Of a stretch of 64,000 bases of DNA, positions 1 through 12,300 are shown in pieces. How positions within the stretch are numbered: position 1 is the first letter of the stretch; each line of letters starts with the position of its first letter. The stretch is taken from assembly GCF_022045235.1 (NCBI RefSeq), contig NW_027266264.1, forward strand, positions 56,668,001 to 56,732,000, in the 5' to 3' direction. The position numbers and the translations under genes were made by a program. This stretch comes from Haliotis cracherodii (lineage: Eukaryota). The notes beneath the pieces are model-generated. The model was not told the DNA's origin. It saw only the letters and a list, made by a program, of their open reading frames with translations, and did no database searches.

Positions 1-3000
1 AAACATCATAGAGTTATTACATTTGTCAGAGCAGCTAGGAACATCTGAGAGTTATAACATTTGTCAGGGCAGCTAGGAACATCTGAGAGTTATTACATGT
101 GTCAGGGCAGCTAGGAACATCTGAGTGTTATTACATTTGTCAGAGCAGCTAGGAACATCTGAGAGTTATAACATTTGTCAGGGCAGCTAGGAACATCATA
201 GAGTTATTACATGTGTCAGGGCAGCTAGGAACATCTGAGTGTTATTACATTTGTCAGAGCAGCTAGGAACATCTGAGAGTTATTACATTTGTCAGAGCAG
301 CTAGGAACATCTGAGTGTTATTACATTTGTCAGAGCAGCTAGGAACATCATAGAGTTATTACATTTGTCAGAGCAGCTAGGAACATCTGAGTGTTATTAC
401 ATTTGTCAGAGCAGCTAGGAACATCTGAGAGTTATTACATTTGTCAGAGCAGCTGGGGACATCTGAGAGTTATTACATTTGTCAGAGCAGCTAGAACATC
501 TGGGTGTTATTACATTTGTCAGAGCAGCTAGGAACATCATAGAGTTATTACATTTGTCAGAGCAGCTAGGAACATCTGAGAGTTATTACATTTGTCAGGG
601 CAGCTAGGAACATTTGAGTGTTATTACATTTGTCAGAGCAGCTAGGAACATCTGAGAGTTATTACATTTGTCAAAGCAGCTAAGAACATCTGAGAGTTAT
701 TACATTTGTAGAGCAGCAAGGAACATCTGAGAGTTATTACATTTGTCAAAGCAGCTAAGAACATCTGAGAGTTATTACATTTGTAGAGCAGCAAGGAACA
801 TCATCGAGTTATTACATTTGTCAGAGCAGCTAGGAACATCTGAGAGTTATTACATTTGTAGAGCAGCTAAGAACATCTGAGAGTTATAACATTTGTAGAG
901 CAGCAAGGAACATCTGAGAGTTATTACATTTGTCAGAGCAGCTAGGAACATCTGAGAGTTATTACATTTGTCAGGGCAGCTAGGAACATTTGAGTGTTAT
1001 TACATTTGTCAGAGCAGCTAGGAACATCTGAGAGTTATTACATTTGTCAAAGCAGCTAAGAACATCTGAGAGTTATTACATTTGTAGAGCAGCAAGGAAC
1101 ATCTGAGAGTTATTACATTTGTCAAAGCAGCTAAGAACATCTGAGAGTTATTACATTTGTCAGAGCAGCTAGGAACATCTGAGAGTTATTACATTTGTCA
1201 AAGCAGCTAAGAACATCTGAGAGTTATTACATTTGTAGAGCAGCAAGGAACATCTGAGAGTTATTACATTTGTCAAAGCAGCTAAGAGCATCTGAGAGTT
1301 ATTACATTTGTAGAGCAGCCAGGAACATCTGAGAGTTATTACATTTGTAGAGCAGCTAGGAACATCTGAGTGTTATTACATTTGCAGAGCAGCCAGGAAC
1401 ATCACCGAGTTATTACATTTGTCAGAGCAGCTAGGAACATCTGAGAGTTATTACATTTGTAGAGCAGCCAGGAACATCTGAGAGTTATTACATTTGTCAG
1501 GGCAGCCAGGAACATCTGAGTGTTATTACATTTGCAGAGCAGCCAGGAACATCATCGAGTTATTACATTTGTCAGAGCAGCTAGGAACATCTGAGAGTTA
1601 TTACATTTGTCAGGGCAGCTAGGAACATCTGAGAGTTATTACATTTGTCAGGGCAGCTGGGGACATCTGAGTGTTATTACATTTGTCAGGGCAGCTAGGA
1701 ACATCTGAGAGTTATTACATTTGTCAGGGCAGCTGGGGACATCTGAGTGTTATTACATTTGTCAGAGCAGCTAGGAACATCTGAGTGTTATTACATTTGT
1801 CAGGGCAGCTAGGAACATCTGAGAGTTATTACATTTGTCAGGGCAGCTGGGGACATCTAAGTGTTATTACATTTGTCAGGGCAGCTGGGGACATCTAAGT
1901 GTTATTACATTTGTCAGGGCAGCTAGGAACATCTGAGAGTTATTACATTTGTCAGGGCAGCTAGGAACATCTGAGTGTTATTACATTTGTAGAGCAGCTA
2001 GGAACATCTGAGAGTTATTACATTTGTCAGGGCAGCTAAGAACATCTGAGTGTTATTACATTTGTCAGAGCAGCTGGGGACATCTGAGAGTTATTACATT
2101 TGTCAGGGCAGCTAGGAACATCTGAGTGTTATTACATTTGTCAGAGCAGCTGGGAACATCTGAGAGTTATTACATTTGTCAGAACAGCTGGGGACATCTG
2201 AGAGTTATTACATTTGTCAGAGCAGCTGGGGACATCTGAGTGTTATTACATTTGTCAGAGCAGCTGGGGACATCTGAGTGTTATTACATTTGTCAGGGCA
2301 GCTAGGAACATCTGAGTGTTATTACATTTGTCAGAGCAGCTAGGAACATCTGAGTGTTATTACATTTGTCAGGGCAGCTAAGAACATCTGAGTGTTATTA
2401 CATTTGTCAGAGCAGCTAGGAACATCTGAGTGTTATTACATTTGTCAGAGCAGCTGGGGACATCTGAGTGTTATTACATTTGTCAGAGCAGCTGGGGACA
2501 TCTGAGAGTTATTACATTTGTCAGAGCAGCTAGGAACATCTGAGAGTTATTACATTTGTAGAGCAGCCAGGAACATCATAGAGTTATTACATTTGTCAGG
2601 GCAGCTAGGAACATCTGAGAGTTATTACATTTGTAGAGCAGCCAGGAACATCTGAGAGTTATTACATGTGTCAGAGCAGCTAGGAACATTTGAGTGTTAT
2701 TACATTTGTCAGAGCAGCTGGGGACATCTGAGTGTTATTACATTTGTCAGGGCAGCTAGGAACATCTGAGAGTTATTACATTTGTCAGAGCAGCTAGGAA
2801 CATCTGAGTGTTATTACATTTGTCAGAGCAGCTGGGGACATCTGAGTGTTATTACATTTGTCAGGGCAGCTAGGAACATCTGAGAGTTATTACATGTGTC
2901 AGAGCAGCTAGGAACATCTGAGTGTTATTACATTTGTAGAGCAGCAAGGAACATCTGAGAGTTATTACATTTGTCAGAGCAGCTAGGAACATCTGAGAGT

Positions 3001-3029
3001 TATAACATTTGTCAGAGCAGCTAGGAACA
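1..3029. repeat. 38-bp minisatellite (~80 copies, runs off window edge)
   Basis: Unit aacatctgagagttattacatttgtcagagcagctagg with minor variants. Confidence 0.97.
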
Positions 3030-3194
3030 CCTTAGTCTGGTCCCACTTGTCAAAAGGGTAGGGACTGAATTTCCCGATTTGCCAGTAAATATAAATGTAG
3101 GTGTGTTCAGTGTACATGTTCATTGGCATCAAGGTAAAAAGGTACTGTTTACTCGCGGAGAATGTTACATTTTGACAACTGTTTGATGACATAC

Positions 3195-3375
3195 CTGCTG
3201 GGAGTGTCACACCTGGAAGTAATGGGGCTGCGTCGCCTGACATAATGGCCTGACATTCACTGAAGACTCTAGCAGCTGTTGTCTGGGATGCCGTAGCTTC
3301 AGTTGTGATGTTGTTCACACCATCCTTGGCTTCTAATATGACTGCATTGTTTGCCTCTGCTTGTTGTTTTGATGC
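3195..3375 (-). CDS. Laminin exon 32 (coiled coil, Pro-rich break)
   Basis: ctccag|ASKQQAEANN...PLLPGVTLPA G|gtatgt; next exon presumably outside the window. Confidence 0.8.
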
Positions 3376-6300
3376 CTGGAGTTCCCACACAAAGACTATG
3401 ATCAATACAGGATCGTTTCCAGCTTCAGCTCAGAAGAATTTTATTATCTGTGTCTTTAACACTCTAATTCTCTGCATTTTGCTGTGCAGGGTTATGTTCC
3501 TTGGATGTGTCAGGATTCTTGGTTTTATTGGTTTGAATCCTGATTATAGCCTTCGGATTGTCGGCACCATATACGAGGGGCGTTCTTTAAGTTTTGCAAC
3601 TTCAATATAAGACCAAGTCTGTACAGTTAAATCACCCACCCTAGCTCCCAGTGACTATTTCCTGTTCCAGCAAATGAAATCAGCCCTACGTGGAAGACGC
3701 TTCCAGGATGACGAGGACATAAATGCTGCCACAGAGGCGTGGTTAGAGGGCCAATATGTGCATTTCTATAAAAGTGGTAATAAAAGCTTGAAGGTCAAAT
3801 GGAAGAGTGTATTGAGGTGAATGGAGATTATATTGAAAAATAAAAATGCAAAAGATATTCTGCAACTTGGTCTTGTATTGAAGTTGCAAAACTTATTGAA
3901 AGCCCTGTGTAAATACTTGTGGGATTTTGACCCCTTTTCATTTGCAGTAGACATCTTTAAATGAATAATGTTGAACTTGATAACAAATTTCATAAAAAGG
4001 TATTTAGTAATAAACAGCATATTTTGAGACATATTGTTTTGACCAGCACCATACTATGCATGGTAGTATCCCCCCTTGGTAAATCAAACCCAATTTATGC
4101 AATAGTGAGTGAGTGAGTATGGTTTTACGCCGCTTTTAGCAATATTCCTGCAATATCACGGCGGGGGACACCAGAAATGGGCGTCACACATTGTACCCAT
4201 GTCGGGAATCGAACACGGGTCTTCGGCGTGACGAACGAACACTTTACACACTAGGCTACCAGACATCCCCCAATTTTTGCAATAACCCTCCCAGAATCTC
4301 ACATAATATATTTTACATATTTCACATATAGTCCTAATGAGCTGATAAGGAAAGTTTTGGACAAGTTCAAATAAGGTGAAATGTAACATGATAATAATGA
4401 CAGTTTTACCTGAGCTTGTGTCTGGTGTACAGAAATCATGTTCACTTTAGTCTGCAGATCATTGAGTTGTGCATCGCTGGCCGTGAGTTCACCAGACTTA
4501 GTCTTGTAGTTCTCTCTTATACCAACTTCTTTAGCCAGCAGTCCTGCTACAGTAGCAGCCTAAATGAAAACAATAATAGTAATAATACTACAATAACATT
4601 TAGAATTAATTCACTAAATGGGTTGGGCATAATAAAGGTCTGCATATAAATAACAAGAGTCAGCAGAAGATGACAAATTTCTATCTAATCTGTCTGTCCG
4701 TATACAAGAGTAGTTATCAAGCTATAAAAACAATAGCATTGAATTGTGATTTCGAACTTTGTATTTCTATTTTAGGTACACATCACTATGAACAGAGTCA
4801 CAATCAAACTTGTTGCCATGGACACAGAAACAAATTATATTTTTTTAAATTACTAAAAGAATATGTCCTTAGTAGCAAAAAGCACCACTTCATCCCCTGG
4901 TCAATGGATGGGGGTCATTCAATCCATATCGTATATCTAGGGTAATGTATACTTTTCTTCCCTAGTACCATACTTTTAACAGGTCAAATCCAAAAGAATT
5001 GTTCTTTATTTTAATGTTCATTTCTACCAAATCTAGGGTTATGGGTTATTCACAAAAAAATTGTTGTATAATTAAATGTTCATATCCACCAAATCTAGTG
5101 CTTTGGGCCATGCACAAAAATATAGTTCTATAATTTAATGTTTATTTCTACCAATCTAGGGGTTTGAAAACCAAGAAGTTGTATGAGGACTGACCTGTCC
5201 TTCTGCCTTAGTCCTCATGTCCTGCAGGCTCTGGTCACCGGTGATCTGCAGATAGGTTGTGTTGGCCCGGTCCAACTGGGGGCTGAAGTTGAGGCTGAGT
5301 GACCCTCCTCCAGTGCCCTGACTGCGGTACTGAAACATCACATCGTCATCAGTCTCCTGTACATGCTGCATCACTCACTGACTCGTTCACTCACTCCAGT
5401 GACCTGACTGCAGTACTGAAACATCACATCGTCATCAGTCTCCTGTACATGCTGCATCACTCACTCACTCACTCACTCACTCCAGTGACCTGACTGCGGT
5501 ACTGAAACATCACATCATCATCAGTCTCCTGTACATGCTGCATCACTCAACTGACTCGTTCACTCCAGTGCCCTGACTGCGGTACTGAAACATCACACCA
5601 TCATCAGTCTCCTGTACATGCTGCATCACTCACTCACTCACTCCAGTGCCCTGACTGCAGTACTGAAACATCATATCGTCATCAGTCTCCTGTACATGCT
5701 GCATCACTCACTCACTCACTCCAGTGCCCTGACTGCGGTACTGAAACATCACATCGTCATCAGTCTCCTGTACATGCTGCATTACTCACTCACTCACTCA
5801 CACACTCACTCACTCCAGTGCCCTGACTGTGACATCCTCACATTCACATATGGAAGATCCAGTAAAGCTCCAGAAGGCAGGGTTTACAGCTTCAAGTCAA
5901 GGGATTCATTGTTTCATGATGTCAGTTTGTTACAACAAATAATATCTACTCAGCTTTGCTAGGAATAGTTGAAGATTGTACCGTTTGTGCTGTGACATTG
6001 TACTGCTGGAACTTGTACTCGTAGTTGTTTCCTTTCTGTGTCTCAGTTTGAGCAAGGTCAAGGGTGCTAAAGCTTTCAGTAAGGAGGCCATTTAGCCTCG
6101 CATCTTCAGAAATGGATATGTTTTTCTGAAGACCCGCTGCCATATTCAAGCTGGCAACCTATAGAGAAAACAAAAAGGATTTGGCAATTGTCGTAAAGAT
6201 TGCCACCATAACACAATGAAAGTCTCAAAATAATATTCTTCATTCCCATGCACAACCACTCCTATCTTTACTTTGTTTTCTGAAAAATGTAATAAGTACA

Positions 6301-9300
6301 ATATGGCCACCCACAGCACACTAAAAACTCAAATAAAGTCATAACTACACCTATTCTTGGGACCTTTCCCTGAGATCGTAGACAACAGGCCATCATGCCT
6401 AGTTTAGCCTATATATTACCCCACTGCAGGGCTGCATGTAGGAGTTAGAAAAAGGACAGCACATTACTGTTACATGGTTGCTCCACCTGACAAATTAGAG
6501 TTACCTCCCTTACAGAAATGTGTATTACATCGCCATTTTGTGATAACAAGAACTCCTTGCAAACCCTCTCTGCATCCACCAGTGCATTGTTGTTTGAAAA
6601 AGAAAAGAGGCAACATGTATGACCCATCAGCAAAGAATTTAAACCATTGTTCCAGTTACTGATGGCCTCACATCAGACTGTTATGATTGATGCACCATTG
6701 GGATGGAATATATCTTCAACTGACAAATCAGTAATCACTAAAATGCGCATCTGCAAATGTCCGAACATTTTTCAAACTCATCTTTCAACCCTCACATGTA
6801 ATATCATTGACTACATGCATCCTGCAACAGTTTTGTAATACCTTCTGTTTGAGTTGCTCCACCTGCTGTTTGGTGCTGTTTTCCTGAAGAGTAATGTTTG
6901 CTGTCATCTCACTGACCGTGCTGTTGTTGGTGTCGGTCAGACCGAGGTCTGTCATGGCTTGCTCTAGCTGTGTGTGAAGAGACTGCAACAGAATCCACTT
7001 CATGTACAGCATCACAGAAATGCTAACCACTGTGAAGACATTCTCCCTTTGCATTTTTACAACTGGACTGATATTCATATAAATCTTTGCAAAATTATTA
7101 ATAATTTTGTCACAATGTCTATAAACAGCTTTTTGTGAGAACAAGAAGACCTATTATACACAGGCTTTTCCAGATTAATCCTGTAACTGAAGGACTAACC
7201 GTCTGCTGAATCCCTTTTGATATTGCCTCATGTACGAGTTAGTGAGTGTAATTTTACCACGCAATATTCCAGCAGTATCATGGCAGGAGACATCCGAAAT
7301 AGTTTCACACAATGTACAAATGTGGGAATCAAACTCATGCCTTTGGCATGGTGAGTGAATGCTTTAACCACTAGGCCATCCCACTGCTCCATGTTGGTTA
7401 GACTATTCCTTGAAACAACATGAAGCTGGTCTGTCCTTACCTGAAGTTCTTTGTCTTGTGCCTGGATTCCAACAATATGCTGTGACACTGTATATGTTTC
7501 CTGCCATTTTTCTTCCAATTTCCTAGTATCATTACCCAAGGATGTTGAACACACATCACACCCTGCAGGAGGTATAAACAAACAAAAGAAAATTACAAAC
7601 AACTATTTAAAATTCCATATTTGTTAAGATTTGTTTGTTTGTTGTTTACTGCTGCACTAAGCAATATTCCAGCTATATGACAGCGGTCCGTAAATCGAGT
7701 CTGGACCAGACAATCCAGTGATGGACATCATGAGCATCAATCTAAGCAATTGGGATATGATGACATGCTTTAACCAAGTCAGTGAGCCTACTGTGTTATC
7801 TCCTACTTGTGTTAATAGATTTCAATTTAGGATTGACTGTGTATTTTTTTCGGTTCATTGAGGTATGAATCGAAAAACCGATGTGCAAACTTTTGTAAGA
7901 ATCCGCATAAATAGCGGATTCTTACAAAAGTTTGCACATCAACGGAGAGTGGGATTAAAACAATGTTCATTGGACCTGTCTGTTAAGGCAAGAGGCGAAA
8001 AGACTTGCAACAGTCAGACTGTAACGAACCGGAAGAAATATGTCCGAGAGAAGGCGGCTGTTTCAAATAACATGGTCATTTACTGCGTGATTCAAACATT
8101 ACTTCCCTGATTACAGTAAAACACAGTTGGAGAAGTGCTAGTTAGAAATGAAACCCGAAGACATGAAAGTTGAACCGAGGCGAGCGGGAAAAAAACAGGC
8201 GAGCGAGCCTGCACGTTTGCTGTTTCATTCAATCTTAGCCTTCTGTTTCAAAGGATAGTTTGGACAATGAATATGCATGAAAGTCGCTAAAAGTCCTGTA
8301 CATGACGATACACGTGAGCAAAAAGGGAATTCCCTCGACCGTAATATTGGGATTCACCGACATTCCGCAGTAATAAAAGTAGTGCGCAGCGGTGGGCGTG
8401 GCTTAATTTTTTACATTCATTGGGAAATGAATGCAATAACACCTGACCAATTCAGCTAATCAGAATGCAGGAATTTCCATCAACACAACGAAAATTTAAT
8501 TATTAACATATCAATTAAATCTAAATTGTCCATTGACATCATTAATATGTTGATAGCAAAAAACGCTTTAATAAAATATATTGACATCTTGTAAATTCCA
8601 ACGGCTCCATTGTGAATGAAATCAACTAACAAAATAACAAAATGCTTATAGGGTTGAAAGAGATGTCTTTTGTATAAATATTCCTAGATTCTAAAATAAT
8701 CAAATTTTCTAAACATTGAAAATCCCCATCCATTTTAGCAACTGGACATCCTCATCCAGCGTATTTATCTTCATTCTACTTTGGTCCTGGGCCCAATCAC
8801 CACCATACATTTGGTTTTACTGCAGTTCAACTGTTGCAATGCTAAAAATAAATATCCAGTCAAATTACACTATTCTTTCATGATTCGAATAAAGCTGCAG
8901 TATCAATAGTATATTCAAAATGCCATAAGGAAAGTATTGTAGCATAAGGCCTTCCCTGTTCCTGTCCAAATAGTCAGCAGAACATAACTTTATAGCTGAA
9001 AGTCAATTTGTAACAGCCTTCTATTTCAATTATAAAATATCATGGCTTCGTTTAGAAGAGACAGTGATTTTGAATGGAGATCTATGCCGAACGCTCTTTC
9101 AGAAGAAGCATTGTGCTTGGTTGTCAGGCTGGTGACATAATTCTTCTGAGATGAAGCTCTTGTGGCCAATAGCTCCAGCGTATATATATCATTACAGCAT
9201 GGAAACAATGGCAAAAGTGAGTGTGTCTCACTAATACCCCCGACCCACCTAGTGTGTCAGTAGTTTCAAATCAAATAGCTAGGATAGGGTTAAGGTTTGA

Positions 9301-12300
9301 AAAATTTATTCAAAAAATGGAAAATTAATAAAAAAAAATATTTTTTTTTGACTGCACCCCCATAAAGACAGACGTGCATTCCTGACAATACCTTTGCATC
9401 CAGTGTCGCTGAAGTCTATAAATAGAGCCTGGCAGCTGTCACATGTCCGACCGGTCACTCCTGGCTTGCATGGGCACTGACCAGTCGCTTTGTCACATAC
9501 CGAAGCATTCCCACCGACAGCCCCAGTCAGATTGCAGTTACATGCTACAAGAAGACATAGTTGGAAGTTACACTGACTACTGTTACACTGTTAATATATC
9601 TTGTTAAAGTTTTCAAGATTTTCATAAAATTAACCTCAAAGCCCTGTTTTTGTTTGTTTTCTCCTGGTGTCATACACTTACCAGTACATTCTTGATCTGG
9701 TAGACCAAAGTAGCCATCAACACATGTATCACACCGTTGCCTGGGGGCAAGAACATTGGCCTTGCATACACACAGCCCCTGGTCTGTACACTGGGTGGTC
9801 ACACTGCCTTTCTCCACACAGTTGCAGGCCTGACAACCTGTAAGATAAAACAAAACTCATCCTGGGCTTATAAACCTCCAGTGACGTCATCTTATTGTTC
9901 TCCAGTCTGGTTAAATCTCCAATCTCATTAAAATCGGATCATAGTTCTCGCTACCGCCAAACAAAGATCTGAGGACATCCCATTAGGGGTCACGTCAGAA
10001 CGACCTTTCATCTGACCAATCAGAGCTTCGCTTACCAGATCAAGAAAGTGACATTCGGAATGTGAATTCTGATAATGCAACCTCGAAAACGTTAACACAG
10101 GATATTCTGGACAATAGTTACGGGTTTAACAACTGAATCCATACACTGTAGACCATCTATTAGCCATACCAGAATGTTCTTTTGTTCAGGTTTCAAATTT
10201 GTAATCAAGAATTTGTCAAAATGTTTCGAAGGGTTGTCGCCAATTTGACATTAGTGCCGTAAAGCACGAGAAAGCTGCTTTCTGATTGGCTAATGTCGAC
10301 TTCTTGTCAGTCCTTCTATCGTACTGTCAAAGTTTGCGCAAGGTCGGTCTGATGTGACCTGTAATGGAATGTCCTCAGATCTTTGTTCAGCGGTAGCGAG
10401 AACAAAAATCTTATTTTAATGAGATTAGTTAAATCTCATAAACAGGGACATTATTATTTCCCAGGAATTTTATTAATACAATTTCTGTTTAGATTGTGAC
10501 GTATGAATGCTTGAACACAATGTAATGAAATGTAAAATGATAAATTTCTATCTCTACATTCATGAGGCTCGAACACTCAACCTCCGTATCTGTAGCCCAG
10601 TGAGTGTACCACAAGGCTACAGAGGTGCTGATAATTTAAATCACACTGCTTTTAAAATTTTTTTTTTCAAGTACCATAAGAAGCCAGCAACAGATATTTA
10701 ATACCCATTTCAAAAGGTTCATGGAAAGTATGCTTGAAACCTAAAATGTTGATAAATGTTTTAGGTTTCAGTTTTCAGTTTATATAAGGATTGACTGTGA
10801 ATACTTTTCGGTTCATTGACAAGCCCATAAAGTCAGCAGCCAAACAACAGAGAGTAGGATAAAAGCAAAGTTCATAGGACCTGTCAATCAAGGCAAAAGG
10901 CGTCCGGGGAAAAGGCGTCTGTTTCAAATAACATGGTCAGTTACCGCCAGGTTCAAACATTAGTTCCCTGAGAACGGGAAGACAAAGTTGGAAAAATGCG
11001 GGTGAGAATGAAACCCAAAGACATGAATTTCGCTAAATGTCCTGTGCATGACAAACTATTCATTGGTTACACATGAGCAGAAAGGGAATTCCGTTGACTG
11101 GAATTGGGATTCTCCAACATTCCATGATAATAAAAGTAGTCCGCTTCAGTGGGCGTGGCTTAAACATTTACATTAATTGAGAAATGTATGCAATATAACC
11201 TGTGACCAATTCAGCCAATCAAAATGCAGGAATTACAATGAACACAACGAAAATTCAATCATAAGTTAGATAAAACACTTCCCCTCAGTTTTTTATGATA
11301 TTTAAACCCGTACCGGCTGGATAGAATTATTAATTATCATAAAAATCCTCGTCTTGTGCTTTATCCTACACTAGTCTCTGAACATATCAAATGTTCTTTG
11401 CTTGCATTAAGAAAGGGACACATTTTTATCTGGACATACTGGAGTTCTGTAACTCATGAAATTGATGCTGGCATGAAATGAAAAATGTGAGTGTCTTTAG
11501 CTTGCATTGATAAAGTGGTGCCTTTTAATCTTGACATATTAGGTGTCCTGTACATCATGAAACAAATGTGAAATATGTGTGTCCCTTGCTCACATTAAAT
11601 AAGTGAAACATTTTTATCTGGACACACTGAATTTTTTGTCATCTTATGTTCGCGGTGCACATGCATGACAAACATTACAAAGCTCACAATAAACAATGTA
11701 ATTGAGTGCGAGATTTAGAGAGTGCTTCTCACAAAGTTCCACATTTAAAGGTGTCCTTATTCATTTTCAGTGATCTATTCATATAATATTCACCCTTATT
11801 TTGTCTTTTACACCAAATTGAATCTATTTCTGCACATAAATAACATTATGACTATTCTCTGGCATTAACATTTGACATTTACACAAGTTCATCAAGCTGT
11901 TATGACCGTCGCCAGCCATGTATGCTGGCATCTTTGTTCTTGGTAACCTTGTCAAATAATCTTAAACACCAAGGTAGTGAAAATGTCAAGTACATCAAAA
12001 GCAGTCATTATGGATACATAACACTGCTCACTTACATTCAAAGGATCGTGCTAACTCATATAACAACAATCGAAAGCTGTACAATCCTCGTTGGTGACTC
12101 AATCTATCTCATCTGAACATTCATTATTTGGAATCTCATGCTCTTGATTTCATTGAAGTAAGATCACACGTCAAGCAGTTAAAGTTAAGTTTGAGAAGAT
12201 CGCAAATAATATTAAATCTACCAGCTATCACCCCATACTGTAAGAGGGAATACAAAGTCAACAGCCTTGGTGTTATCATTTGCTGATCATATTTTTTAAA

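Noticed and set aside
2990-3030. 38-bp repeat translating FLAALTNV, resembling the L4 motif FLLALTNV in exon 19
   Set aside because: Short match, no credible in-phase acceptor and no other L4 motifs nearby; probably coincidence.
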